A stretch of DNA of 64,000 nucleotides from Octopus vulgaris (GCA_951406725.2 OX597836.1:33666001-33730000); one strand, 5' to 3'; positions 1-12,107 are shown, numbered from the stretch's first letter. The notes: generated by a model not told the origin, from the sequence alone. Translations and numbers: made by a program.

Positions 1-290
1 ATGATAGATATATGACTAAATTATCTATGTAGAGGAGATCATTTCTATACATACATACATACATGATATAATTATATACCTCTCTTAAATCCTGTTTAGT
101 AATTACCCCCAGCTGGGTGTATATACAGAATTAAGTCAGCTTTACCAAGGGGATGATTTATATAAGTGCCACTCATTCACCTTGGCCCTCACCTCATCAC
201 ATTCATAATCATCGCTGGATCGATTTGCTAGCGGAATCAGATCTTGGCAGAAGCACAGTGGAAGATTAATCCATTAGCTTTCAGATTACT

Positions 291-627
291 CCATGGCTCA
301 GTGGTTATAGTGCCAGGCTCACAATCATGAGGAAGTGAGTTCAATTCCTGGAGTGGGCTATGTGTTGTGTTCTTGAGCAAGACACTTTATTTCATGTTGC
401 TCCAGTTCACTCAGCTGTTGAAATAAGTTGTACCATCACTGGTGCCAAGGTGTATCGGTCTTTGCCTTTCCCTTGGACAACATTGGTGGTGTAGAGCGAA
501 GAGGCTGGTAACATGGGTGGTGTAGAGAGAAGAGGCTGGTCTTCCATAAACAACCTTGCAAGACTTGTGCCTTGGAGAGGAACTTTCTAGGGGCAATCCA
601 TGGTCATTCATGACCAAAGGGAGGTCT
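291..627 (+). mobile_element. tRNA-derived CORE-like SINE, family D
   Basis: A-box-like TGGCTCAGTGG, B-box-like GAGTTCAATTCC, CORE-like GTTCTTGAGCAAGACACTT; homologous copies at 3402-3730, 14133-14447, 27340-27672 and a partial minus copy at about 35935-36120. Confidence 0.8.
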
Positions 628-699
628 GCCCTTACTCTGTCAAATCTGATTCTGATTTATTCACATCGTTTTACTTGTTTCAGTCATTTGTTACTGTCA

Positions 700-1300
700 A
701 AATCAAAGAGCAAAAGGTATGTATTTCAACAGAAATTTGGTAAGAAAAGGTTAAAAGTCCAAATTTTTCAGCTAAAAACTTACCACCAAAATTTCAGATT
801 AATTAACGTTCCAAACATCAAGTTCATAATGACAAAGTCATTCCAATAAATTCTTTGTTGTCTTCAAAATTAATTTGAAGAATGGCAGCATATATCAGTT
901 GAAATATGGTAACAAAAGAGTTAAAGTTACCTAAATTAAAACTTCTCATCAATACTTCAAGTTAATTCTTCTTTACTTTCAAAGTAAATTGCAACAAAGA
1001 CTGCATTTTTCAACAGAAATCTCGTAACAAAAGGGGCTAAAATCCAGTCAATTCAGCTAAAATCTTCCCTCAAAATTACATGCTAAATCAGATTCTAAAC
1101 ACCAACTTGCAATTTACATCTTCATTATTTCTTAAATTAATTATAACAAACACAGTGCATTTCAACTGAGATATGGTAACAAGGATTAATGTAATCTAAA
1201 TTAAAACCGTTCATCAAAATTTCAAATTAATTTTTCTTTTATTATCAAAATTAATTGAAACAAAGAATCACTTTTTTTTTCAAAATATTGTTATTTCTAC
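700..1300 (+). repeat. Degenerate tandem array of piggyBac-type MITE right ends
   Basis: CAACAGAAATATGGTAACAAAAG(G/A)GTTAA-like motif recurs at about 730, 900, 1010 and 1165 (also 2195, 2785); resembles the GTAACGAAAGGG-TTAA ends at 36689 and 46014. Confidence 0.5.
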
Positions 1301-1315
1301 ACCAATAGTAATATT

Positions 1316-2190
1316 TATTTCTTTATGGCTCACAGGGCGCTAAACATAGAGGGGACAAACAAGGATAGACAAATAGATTAAGTCGATTACATCGACCCCA
1401 GCATGTAACTGGTACTTATTTAATCGACCCTGAAAGGATGAAAGGCAATGTCGACTTCAGCAGAATTTGACCTCAGAATGTAACTCAGATGAAACATTTC
1501 GCTAAGCATTTCGCCCGGCATGCTAACGATTCTTATTTCTTTATTGCCCACAAGGGGCTAAACATAGAAGGGACAAACAAGGACAGACAAACGGATTAAG
1601 TCGATTATATCGACAACGATGCGTAACTGGTACTTAATTTATCGACCCCGAAAGGATGAAAGGCAAAGTCGACCTCGACGGAATTTGAGGTCAGAACGTA
1701 ACGGCAGACGAAATACCTATTTCTTTTATTGCCCAGAAGGGGCTAAACACAGAGGAGACAAACAAGGACAGACAGACGGATTAAGTCGATTATCTCGATC
1801 CCAGTGTGTAACTGGTACTTATTTAATTCAAGGCGGCGAGCTGGCAGAAACTTTAGCATGCCGGACGAAATGCGTAGCCGTATTTCGTCTGCCGTTACGT
1901 TCTGAGTTCAAATTCCGCCGAGGTTGACTTTGCCTTTCATCCTTTCAGGGTCGATAAATTAAGTACCAGTTACGCACTGGGGTCAATGTAATCGACTTAA
2001 TCTCCTTGTCTGTCCTCTCTGTGTTTAGCCCCTTGTGGGTAGTAAAGAAATAGGTACTTATTTAATCGACCCTGAAAGGATGAAAGGCAAAGTCGACCTC
2101 AGCAGAATTTGAACTCAGAACGTAGCGGCAGACGAAATACCGCTAAGTGTTTCACCCGGCGTGCTAACGATTTTGCTAGCTTGCTGCCCT
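1316..2190. mobile_element. Nested cluster of SINE family B (minus-strand copies, one interrupted by a plus-strand copy at 1831-2052)
   Basis: Head GGCGGCGAGCTGGCAGAAAC, B-box GAGTTCAAATTCC, core GCCTTTCATCCTTTCGGGGTCGATAAA; plus copy flanked by 14-bp TSD GGTACTTATTTAAT (1814-1827, 2053-2066). Confidence 0.85.
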
Positions 2191-2358
2191 ACATCAACAG
2201 AAATATTCTAACAAAAAGCTGCCCTCAAACCTTCCCTCAAAATTTTCATGCTAATTTAGATTCCAAACAACCAGCTTGCAAATTACATCATTACATCTTC
2301 GTTATTTTCTAAACTGATTGAAACAAATGCAACATATTTCAACAGAAATATGCTAATA

Positions 2359-2531
2359 GGCGCAAGAGTGGCTGTGTGGTAAGTAGCTTGCTTACCAACC
2401 ACATGGTTCCAGGTTCAGTCCCACTGCATGGCATCTTGGGCAAGTGTCTCTTCTGCTATAGCCCCGGGCCGACCAATGCCTTGTGAGTGGATTTGGTAGA
2501 CGGAAACTGAAAGAAGCCTGTCGTATATATG

Positions 2532-2564
<33 letters not shown>

Positions 2565-2780
2565 ATGTTTGTGTGTCTGCATTTGTCCCCCTAGCATTGC
2601 TTGACAACTGATGCTGGTGTGTTTACGTCCCCCGTCACTTAGCGGTTCGGCAAAAGAGACCGATAGAATAAGTACTGGGCTTACAAAGAATAAGTCCCGG
2701 GGTCGATTTGCTCGACTAAAGGTGGTGCTCCAGCATGGCCGCAGTCAAATGACTGAAACAAGTAAAAGAGTAAAAGAGTA
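2359..2780 (+). mobile_element. SINE family A, full length, with internal (TA)/(TG) microsatellite and CR1-like 3' tail
   Basis: Head GGCGCAAGAGTGGCTGTGTGGTAAG, CORE-like CTTGGGCAAGTGTC, 3' GGTGCTCCAGCATGGCCGCAGTCAAATGACTGAAAC + (AGTAAAAG)n; many copies in the window. Confidence 0.9.
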
Positions 2781-3401
2781 TATTTCAACAGAAATATGGT
2801 AACAAAACGGTGAATAAGTCTGAACCATATCTGGAATCATTACTGTGTTGCTAAAATTCAGACAAGCTTCTTCATCACGGACTCACCACTCCTTCCACCA
2901 CAGCAATTTTTTTTTCTTTTTCATTCCTTTTAATTCATTCAAACTCTACAATTGTCTTAAACCGCCACCTCCCCTCCCTCACCTCCAAGCCTTTCTCTGC
3001 CAAAATTACTCATTAAAATCATAATTGTTTCTTCCCACAACAGGTGTAATTAATTGCTTAGTTAAAATTTCTTAGCTCATCTCATTATGTATGTTATGAT
3101 CCACTAAACTGCTAATTACAGGAGTAAATTATGTGCGAGCTTGCTATGAGACAGAGCAAACGAAATGTGAGCCAACAAAGAGAAGGAAGCCATGAGATGG
3201 CCATCCAATTTGCTAGAGATAACAACTAAATCACCATTGAATTCCTTGGCAAGCACATGGTTTACGGTTCAGTTCCACTGCACAGTACATTGGGCGAGTG
3301 TTTTCTACTACAGCCTCCAAGCCCAACCAATGCCTTGTGAATGTATTTGGTAACCAAAAACTGTGGGGAAGCCCATCGTGTGTGTGTACATATAAATAGA
3401 T

Positions 3402-3730
3402 GAAGGTGCATGGCTCAGCGGTTAGGGTGTAAGGCTCACAATCACGAGGTAGTGAGTTTGATTCCCGGACCGGGCTGTGTGTTGTGTTCATGAGCAAGAC
3501 ACTTTATATTCACATGGCTCCAGTTCACTCAGCTGTAGAAATGAGCTGCAATATCACTGGTGCCAAGCCTTTGCCTTTCCTTTGGATAACATCAGTGACA
3601 TGAAGAGGGGAGTGAGAGGCCGGTATGCATGGGCGACTGCTGGTCTTCTATAAACAACTTTGCCCAGATTTGTGCCTCGTCAGAGAACTTTCGAGGTGCA
3701 ATCCCAGTCATTCATGACCAAAGGGGGTCT
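3402..3730 (+). mobile_element. SINE family D
   Basis: Homologous along its length to 291-627. Confidence 0.8.
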
Positions 3731-3734
3731 TTAC

Positions 3735-3896
3735 TGTGTTTATGTATGTGTATGTGTGTGTATATATATACATATATGTGTGTGTGTATGTATATATATA
3801 TACATGTATGTGTGTGTATGCATATATATATGTATGTGTGTGTATGCATATATGTGTGTGTGTGTGTATATATGTGTGTGTGTGTGTATACATGTG

Positions 3897-3959
<63 letters not shown>

Positions 3960-4024
3960 ATATATACATATATGTGTGTGTGTGTATATATATATATACA
4001 TATATACATACATATATATATATG
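3735..4024. repeat. Compound (TG)n/(TA)n microsatellite
   Basis: Direct reading; forms the 5' flank of the LINE. Confidence 0.95.
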
Positions 4025-4623
4025 TAGACCAAAGACCAAAGAAGACAACTGAAGACCAAAGAGGTGCGATGGCCGCAAGAAAGGAAAGGCACCCTGGAAT
4101 TGATGGGAAGCAGGAGGTAAAGGGTGACAGAATCAAGGCTAAAGGAAGCCCTGTCCAGAGAAAGCAGAGGGACCCCAGCAAAAACTGTAAGGGCAGGGAA
4201 AGAAACACCTGCAAATTCTACCTGAGGGGGACTGCTGGTACGGCGTTGAAGGTGCAAACTGTCGCTTTGCACATCGGAGGCCCTACCAAAACCGCACGGA
4301 CGCGAGACAGAGGTCCCTCCCTCAGGGAGAACAAAAACAAAAAGTTAAAAGAAGGGAAAAAAAGCGCACTGACCACTACTGAAAGACGGTATGCAGATGT
4401 GGTGCGCGGAAACCCAACAGGTGGCCAGCTTCACCCAGATGTGAGAAGGGCGGCAGCTGAACAGCAGTCTTTTTTGTGCATGGCACAAAAAATTGTTCAG
4501 CAGCTGACCTGGCTACAAGCACAAAGCTGGAACTACCACCACATAAGGCCACCTCCAACAGATGCAGGATGGCCACCACAGACACCAACACCAACACACA
4601 CACCACAAAAATATTTCTACTGA
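4025..4623 (+). pseudogene. LINE ORF1 C-terminal remnant with a frameshifted CCCH zinc finger
   Basis: CKFYLRG continues in a shifted frame as DCWYGVEGANCRFAH; basic region and YADVV motif; overlaps the ORF2 start. Confidence 0.55.
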
Positions 4624-7580
4624 ATGTAGGAGGGCTGCTGCGCGGAAACTGTAAAAAGAAAATTTCATTCCTGAGAGACCTTGTGACATGCAATCAAGCT
4701 ATATGCATGGCACTCACAGAAACGCATCTTGAACCCGATATAGGTGATGCAGAAATACACATGCCGCAATATGCAGTCATACGCACAGATAGAAAAGGGA
4801 GGAGCCATGGTGGAGTTGCAATGTACATCCGAGATGACCTCACGCCCCAGGTCCTGCTGTCATATTCAAACTCAGTATGTGAAACTCAAATTGTACACAT
4901 AAGACAACTGAATATCGTCATATGCACTACATATCGCCCACCAGACGCCCCAAAACACTCAGGCATGTTTGAAGACTGCCTAACAAAAATAGGAGAAGTC
5001 CTCACCAACCTTGAACAGCACAACAGTGTATTCTTCATGGGTGACTTTAACCTCCCCAATGTGGAATGGCCTGGGGGGCAGATGCTCCCAGGGATGACAC
5101 ACCATCAGCAGGCACAGGTGGAGTCCCTGCTCCATCTCACAAATACCTCTTTCATGGAGCAAATAGTTCTGCAACCAACAAGGGCAGATAATATACTGGA
5201 TCTCTGCTTTACAAACAATATGGATATTATCCATAATGTTAATGTGATGCCGACAATGATCTCGGATCACAACATAATAGAGCTGTCTATGTATGGAACA
5301 AAAGCCCCCGCAGACACACAGCCTATACGAAGCACCCACCATCTCTCCAACTTAAACTTTCATAAAGCCAACTGGAAGTCGATTGAGAAAGAGATCCTCA
5401 AACAGGATTGGCCTGAATGTCTCTCCACACCGGACATAAACATGAAACACAAACACTTCATGTCCATAATACAAGCCATATGTGACAAATATGTCCCAAT
5501 GTGCAGGGCCAGCACACACAAGAATAAAAACAGGATCCCTAGAGAAAGGAGGATTCTTATGAGACGACGGACAAGGATTGCAAACCGCCTGAGCAAGCAC
5601 ACCAAAAGTGGTGAGAAGTCTCGGCTCGAAAGAATGCTAATGGAAACTGAGAAAAGTCTACATCAGTCCCATGAAAAGGAGAGAGCAGATAAAGAAGCTT
5701 GGGTAATAGAAAATATAAAATCAAACCCTAAAGCTTTCTTTAAGTTTGCCAAAGAGACAGCCACAGTGCACCAGAGAATAGGACCTCTCTTCCAAAAAGA
5801 TGGCTCTCTCACAGGAAATCCCACGAGGATAAGTGAAATACTGAACGAACAGTTCCAAAGTGTGTTCACTACACCTCTAGGACACAGGCAAGTAAACAAC
5901 CCAGAAGAATTCTTTGCCACTTTACCAGCGGCCAAAGAGACAAAAATTGAGTACATCAACATCGAAGAAGATGATATCACACTAGCCATTGATGAGATTG
6001 ACACAAACTCAGCTGCTGGACCTGATGGATTCCCAGCGATCCTTCTCAAATCGTGCAAACGAGCCCTTGCAAAACCGCTACAGCTTCTTTTTCAGAGCTT
6101 TCTTGCAAGTGGTAAGCTCCCAGTCAAACTGAAAGAGGGGGTAATATGCCCTATCCATAAGGGAGGTAGCAGAGCAGATGCTAAAAATTATAGGCCTATC
6201 TCTCTGACCTCACACATCAGCAAAGTCATGGAACGAATAGTCCGTAAGAAACTAATCATGTTCCTTGAAGAAAATGACTTACTGTCTGACACCCAGCATG
6301 GATTTCGACCAGGTAGAGGCTGCCTAACACAGCTCCTGCAACACTATGACTGGGTGTTGAAACAGCTACTAAATGGCTCAAATGTGGATGTAATATATCT
6401 TGACTTTGCAAAAGCCTTTGATAAAGTCGACCATGGTATGATCTGTCACAAACTGCGTGGTCTCGGCATAGGCGGGAAACTTGGAGAGTGGCTGCACAAC
6501 TTCCTAAAAGACAGAAAACAGGCAGTTGTGAGCAATGGAGCCACCTCCAGGGAAACGCAAATAACAAGCGGTGTCCCACAGGGCACTGTCTTGGGGCCAC
6601 TGATGTTCATAGTGGCCCTTTCAGACATGCCTTCAGTTGCTACGATGACCACCCTTGCTAGCTATGCAGATGACACAAAAGTCTCCCACGCAATACAAAA
6701 CCCTGAAAATATTGCGCATCTGCAACATGAGCTGGACACAATATACAGGTGGGCTGAGGACAACAACATGCAGTTTAATGCAGGTAAGTTCCAGGCCCTG
6801 CGCTACTGGCACACAAAGGTAAATGACGTGAAGACTGGATACACTGGCCCAGGAAGAATTGCAATCCCTGAGTCAAAATCAGTGCGTGACCTGGGCATTG
6901 ACATGAGCAATGATGCATCTTTCCAAATGCATATTGCTAATCTGGTGATAAAATGCAGACGGCTAGCTGGATGGATTCTCCGAACTTTCAGAACAAGAGA
7001 GAAGGAGACACTGATGGTCCTATGGAAAACATTTGTCCTCAGCCGCTTGGACTACTGCTCCCAACTTTGGTCACCACACAATATAAAACAAACAGCAGAA
7101 CTCGAAGCAACTCAGAGAAGCTACACAAAGAAAATCGTCTCAATGCAAAATGTCAGCTACTGGGAAAGACTGAAGGTATTAAACCTCTTCTCCCTGGAGC
7201 GGAGGCGGGAGAGATATGCAGTGATATACATCTGGAAAATCCTGGAGGGTCTTGTCCCAAACTTTGGCATTCAAAGTTACTCCAACCGCAGAACGGGGCG
7301 CCGCTGCGTGGTGCCAAGGATTCCAACATCACCATCAAAATACAGGTCCAGATACTGCAACAGCTTGGGTTTCAGAGGACCACAGCTCTTTAACATCCTC
7401 CCTAAATGCCTGAGAGACTTACATGGTGTGGATGTGGGTTTCTTTAAAACTAAACTGGATCTCTTCTTGTTGGGAGTCCCAGATGAACCTACCTCACGAC
7501 AGGAGACACGGATGCGGGCAGCAGCATCGAACTCCCTTGTTGATCAAGTGCCACGTATCAGAGGTGGATTCACAAACTAG
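4569..7580 (+). CDS. LINE ORF2p: APE endonuclease + reverse transcriptase (1003 aa from the first in-frame ATG)
   Basis: APE motifs LTETHL, YRPP, GDFNLP, LDLCF, SDHN; RT motifs NYRPISLTS, QHGF, YLDFAKAFDKV, GVPQGTVLGP, YADD; no stops or frameshifts. Confidence 0.95.
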   Translation: MATTDTNTNTHTTKIFLLNVGGLLRGNCKKKISFLRDLVTCNQAICMALTETHLEPDIGDAEIHMPQYAVIRTDRKGRSHGGVAMYIRDDLTPQVLLSYSNSVCETQIVHIRQLNIVICTTYRPPDAPKHSGMFEDCLTKIGEVLTNLEQHNSVFFMGDFNLPNVEWPGGQMLPGMTHHQQAQVESLLHLTNTSFMEQIVLQPTRADNILDLCFTNNMDIIHNVNVMPTMISDHNIIELSMYGTKAPADTQPIRSTHHLSNLNFHKANWKSIEKEILKQDWPECLSTPDINMKHKHFMSIIQAICDKYVPMCRASTHKNKNRIPRERRILMRRRTRIANRLSKHTKSGEKSRLERMLMETEKSLHQSHEKERADKEAWVIENIKSNPKAFFKFAKETATVHQRIGPLFQKDGSLTGNPTRISEILNEQFQSVFTTPLGHRQVNNPEEFFATLPAAKETKIEYINIEEDDITLAIDEIDTNSAAGPDGFPAILLKSCKRALAKPLQLLFQSFLASGKLPVKLKEGVICPIHKGGSRADAKNYRPISLTSHISKVMERIVRKKLIMFLEENDLLSDTQHGFRPGRGCLTQLLQHYDWVLKQLLNGSNVDVIYLDFAKAFDKVDHGMICHKLRGLGIGGKLGEWLHNFLKDRKQAVVSNGATSRETQITSGVPQGTVLGPLMFIVALSDMPSVATMTTLASYADDTKVSHAIQNPENIAHLQHELDTIYRWAEDNNMQFNAGKFQALRYWHTKVNDVKTGYTGPGRIAIPESKSVRDLGIDMSNDASFQMHIANLVIKCRRLAGWILRTFRTREKETLMVLWKTFVLSRLDYCSQLWSPHNIKQTAELEATQRSYTKKIVSMQNVSYWERLKVLNLFSLERRRERYAVIYIWKILEGLVPNFGIQSYSNRRTGRRCVVPRIPTSPSKYRSRYCNSLGFRGPQLFNILPKCLRDLHGVDVGFFKTKLDLFLLGVPDEPTSRQETRMRAAASNSLVDQVPRIRGGFTN

Positions 7581-7652
7581 TGTAGCTCATTCAGCGGTGG
7601 TGCCCCAGCATGGCCGCGGCCTTCGGGCTAAAACATTTTTAAGGATTTAAGG

Positions 7653-7656
<4 letters not shown>

Positions 7657-7686
<30 letters not shown>

Positions 7687-7738
7687 GTACATCCACACAC
7701 AAATATATATATATATATACATACATACGAATATATAA

Positions 7739-7770
<32 letters not shown>

Positions 7771-7825
7771 ATACATACATATAAGTATATAAACATATCT
7801 ATACACACACACACACACACACATA
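7657..7825. repeat. (TA)n/(CA)n microsatellite
   Basis: Direct reading. Confidence 0.95.
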
Positions 7826-8074
7826 AATATTTCTAACAATAATGATATTTTCGAAAATAAACACAAGGCCAGAAATTTAATGGGAATTTAAAAAAACATC
7901 GATTAAATCGACATACAACACACACACACACCTTAGAACATTAGCAGCATTCTACTTTATCGATTTCGAAATTGATGGAAGGCGAAGTTGACATCACCAG
8001 AATCAGAACACGAGACTTTAAAAAATTCCGAACGAATAAATTCGAGGTGTTTTTTTTTTTTTTTTTTGAAATAT

Positions 8075-8128
8075 CGGTGCCCCAGCATGGCCACAGCTCA
8101 TGAGCTAAAACTAGAATCAATCAATCAA
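8075..8128 (+). mobile_element. Extreme 3' stub of a related CR1-like LINE with (ATCA)n tail
   Basis: CGGTGCCCCAGCATGGCCACAGCTCATGAGCTAAAAC matches the LINE 3' end but has a different hairpin and tail. Confidence 0.65.
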
Positions 8129-8759
8129 TAATCACAACCACATCGTGATGAATGAGAGACGAGAACGGAGCGGACAACGTAGCCAGTCGCTTAACCTGCT
8201 AGAAGTAGCAGCAACACACCTCTAAAATCGCAGCCAGATGTTTTAATTAGAAATGAAGAAAAAGAAAAAAAAAACGACACCAACAAAGGGAGATCCTTCG
8301 GTATTGGTCTACATGGTATCGATATGAGGAGACGACGTCGTTCACCCTCTTTTTCAGCCTAGCCTTTTTACATCATGAGCGAAGGTTGTGTGAATGAATG
8401 ACGTCATCTACCAATACCGAAAGATTGCTAAACAGAAAATACTGAAGATAAATGTAGCGTAGACTTAATGTCCGAAGGGAGAAAGAGAGAAGAGAGTCCC
8501 GGGTGGGAAATGGTTTCAGAGATCCGCTTGAATAAGGCGGATGAAAGAAAGAAAAACGAAAGAACGAAAAAAACGTCTCTAAGTTTATGATGTAAGGGAG
8601 ATAACTAGGATGTCATCGGGAGAAAACGTTTTTTTTTTTTGCCTTCTCCGCTTCGTTACCTTTTTAACACTTCACACACACACACACTTAGGTATATACG
8701 AGTGTGTGTGCATAGAGATATGTGCGTGTCTATGTCGGATAGACTAGATATATAAACAC

Positions 8760-9130
8760 GCACACAAATACCTACATATATATATACACACAAATACAGA
8801 GGTAGACACACACACACACACACACATATATATACACACAAATACAAAGGTACAAACACACACACATATATACACACACATATATATATACACACAAATA
8901 CAAAGGTACACACACACACACACATATACACACAAATACAAAGGTACACACACACACATATATATATACACACAAATACAAAGGTACACACACACACACA
9001 TATATATACACACAAATACAAAGGTACACACACATATACATACACACAAATAAAAAGGTACACACACATATATACACACAAATACAAGGTACACACACAC
9101 ACATTATATATATATATATACACATGCACA
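8760..9130. repeat. Minisatellite of about 40 bp, ACACAAATACAAAGGT(AC)n(AT)n
   Basis: About 8 visible units. Confidence 0.85.
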
Positions 9131-9734
9131 CGCAAATATATACATACTTTTAAGAACTTATTACACGACATAAATATAAACACTATATGTATGAATGTAG
9201 ATGGAAGATGGACGGATATAATGCGCGCGTGTATAGACACACGCATTTTATATCCATGCATTCTACACACACACACACACGCAGAGTCGTCCCTTGTTTT
9301 GCATACTTTAGAATGTTGTGGGGTTTTTAATGTGAACGATTATTTTTCTTCTCTTTTTCTTTGACACAACATGATACAAAAACAGAATTTAGTCCTTAAT
9401 GCTAACTAACAGCATAATAATGTTTTTCATTTCATTTCTTCCAAAGTCTGAAGGGGTCCACTACACTGTAAAGAGATTAATGCTTAATATTAGGATAAAT
9501 TTATTTGTAGAGGTTTCGTAAGATATTTTCGACATGGACTCAAGGCGTTGCCGTGTGGTTTAAGAAACTTGGTTCTCAACCTGGATGTTTCCTTCCAGGT
9601 TCAGAATAACTGTGTGGCAGAATCTTCTGCGAGAGTCCCGGGATGTCCAAAGATATATGAATGAATTTGGTAAATGGAAACCGAAAGAAGTTTGTCGCGT
9701 GTGTGTGAGTGTACACACGCACATATATATATAT

Positions 9735-10149
9735 ATTTCTTTATTGCCCACAAGGGGCTAAACATAGAGGGGACAAACAAGGACAGACAAAGGGATTAAG
9801 TCGATTACATCGATCCCAGTGCGAAACTGGTACTTTATTTATCGACCCCGAAAGGATGAAAGGCAAAGTCGACCTCGGCGGAATTTGAACTCAGAATGTA
9901 GTGGCAGACGAAATACCTATTTCTTTACTACCCACAAGGGACAAAACACAGAGAGGACAAACAAGGACAGACAAACGGATTAAGTCGATTACATCGATCC
10001 CAGTACGTAACTGGTACTTTATTTATCGACCCCGAAAGGATGAAAGGCAAAGTCGACCTCGGCGGAATTTGAACTCAGAACGTAGCAACAGACGAAATAC
10101 TGCTTAGCATTTCACCCGGCGCGCAAACGTGTCTGCCAGCTCGCCGCCT
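9735..10149 (-). mobile_element. SINE family B dimer
   Basis: Head plus two units joined at AAGAAATA|GGTATTTCG on the minus strand. Confidence 0.85.
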
Positions 10150-10164
10150 ACACATTATATATAA

Positions 10165-10530
10165 GAAGCGTGGTTCCCAACTACATGGTTCCGGGTTCGG
10201 TCCCACTACGTGACACCTTGGGAAAGTGTCTTCTACTATAGCCCCGGGCCGACCAAAGCTTTGTGAGAGGATTTGGTAGACGGAAACTGAAAGAAGCCCA
10301 CTGTATATTTATACAGACATGTATGTATTTTGTGTCTGTGTTTGTCCCCGCCCACCACCATCGCTTGACAACCGATGTTGGTGTGTTTACGTCTCCGTAA
10401 CTTAGTGTTTCGGCAAAAGACAGATAGAATAAATACCAGGCTTACAAACAATAAGTACTGGGGGTCGATTGTTCGACTAAAGGCGGTGCTCTGGCATGGT
10501 CACAGTGAAATATCTAAAGTAAAAGAATAA
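10165..10530 (+). mobile_element. SINE family A
   Basis: Homologous to 2359-2780, head partly missing. Confidence 0.8.
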
Positions 10531-10538
10531 TAATAATA

Positions 10539-10597
<59 letters not shown>

Positions 10598-10683
10598 ACG
10601 AAATCTTGTATATATATATATATATATATATATATACAAGATTTCGTTGAATTAGGTACTTAAATTGAGGTACCTTGCTAGAT

Positions 10684-11509
10684 CAGCAGTATCCGCGCAC
10701 CAAAACAATATTGATTGAATATTAAGATTCCGTGTAGGGGGTATTTGTACCTGATATTCCTGTCGTGTGTGGAGACAAATGCTTGTCAAACTATCTGATA
10801 TGGCGTTACCGGCAGTTTTATTATTTTTTTTTATCCTCAATGTGCCAGGGACCGGTAATATTTCTTAGTAATATTAATTTATAACAGGAAACTATATATA
10901 TAATGAATATAATAAAAGTTGACAGTTTGGCAATCTTTCGTCTCTAGTAGACCTTTCCGTCGATTTCCGTAAAAAAAAATTATTTTTTTTTTTACATATG
11001 GGCTTGCGGGAACTTTTGAAGTAATGAGAGCGAAAGAGACTAAGAGAAAACGATTTTATGACGAGGGAAGTTCTTTTGAAGTTACCGTGCATGGGACGCA
11101 TTGATGTACATGTGTGTGTGTGTTTGATGGGGTGTGGGAGACAGACAGTATGTTGTGTAAGTGAAGTGCTTCTGTTAGTGTGTGTGAAGAGACAGAGTAA
11201 TGTGTGAAAGAAAGAGATAACTGAAATTTTTTACTCGGTGTATGTGTATATGTATGTATATTACTTCAAAAGTTCCCGCAAGCCCATATGTAAAAAAAAT
11301 ATTTTTTTTTACGGAAATCGACGGAAAAGTCTACTAGAGACGAAAGATCGCCGACAGTTTTTATTTTACATCATTTTTGCAAACAAATAATACAATATTG
11401 CATAAGCATTTTATAATGTTTCTTTCTTTTCTGGAAACTCGCCGCGTACCAGCAGCTGATGGCTCGCGGACCGGCACGGGTCCGCGGACCTCCACTTTTA
11501 GTAGCACTG
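10684..11509. mobile_element. Degenerate non-autonomous hAT (Charlie-like) element
   Basis: Right end reads CAGTGCTACTAAAAGTGGAGGTCCGCGGACC on the minus strand; left end and TSD are poorly preserved. Confidence 0.45.
10926..11356. mobile_element. MITE with terminal inverted repeats of about 95 bp
   Basis: 10926-11024 (ATCTTTCGTCTCTAGTAGAC...GGGAACTTTTGAAGTAAT) is the reverse complement of 11259-11356. Confidence 0.8.
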
Positions 11510-12107
11510 CTGTAGACAAGGCAACCCAGCTAACCGAAGATATCCATTCTTGGTAATTGAGACGTCCTTTTTATAAAGGTACCTTCTATAGTATTTCCGA
11601 AGTGCATATATATATATATACTCTTTACTCTTTTACTTGTTTCAGTCATTTGACTGCGGCCATGCTGGAGCACCGCCTTTAATCGAGCAACTCGACCCCG
11701 GGACTTATTCTTTTTGTAAGCCCAGTACTTATTCTATCGGTCTCTTTTGCCGAACCGCTAAGTAACGGGGACATAAACATATATATATATATATATAAAT
11801 TAGAAAAAAAACCCCACCTTTTATCAATTCAAAATGAACAATTAAATTACATATATAATAGAAATATTAATATTAAAATTTAGTATTTCTAAATTGAATT
11901 TTTTTCCCTTTTAGATTTATATCCCCTCAAATAATTATATATATATATATATACACGATAGAAACGAAAGAAATTATTTTTAAACAGAAAACCCAATAGC
12001 AGAACAGCACTCATGTGTGTGTGTGTGTGTGTAGTGGGTTTAAATATAAATATGTATGAATGTATGTATATATTATAAAAATATTGAGCTGTATTATAAA
12101 AATACTG

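Larger units (their letters stand above)
4025..7656 (+). mobile_element. Non-LTR retrotransposon (LINE, CR1/L2 group), 5'-truncated within ORF1, inserted in a TA-rich microsatellite
   Basis: ORF1 remnant, intact ORF2, 3' UTR of about 60 nt with a hairpin and (TAAGGATT)n tail, microsatellite on both flanks. Confidence 0.92.

Noticed and set aside
1619-1927. Recurrent MRNWYLIYRPRKDERQSRPRRNL and MSSNARG-type ORFs
   Set aside because: Antisense translations of SINE families B and A; recurrence reflects the repeat, not a gene family.
3629-4272. Many overlapping ORFs rich in C/V/Y/I/H/T (also at 8656, 13124, 19173-19906, 46639, 47672, 50076 and 53453)
   Set aside because: They are translations of (TG)/(TA)/(CA) microsatellites, which lack stop codons in several frames.
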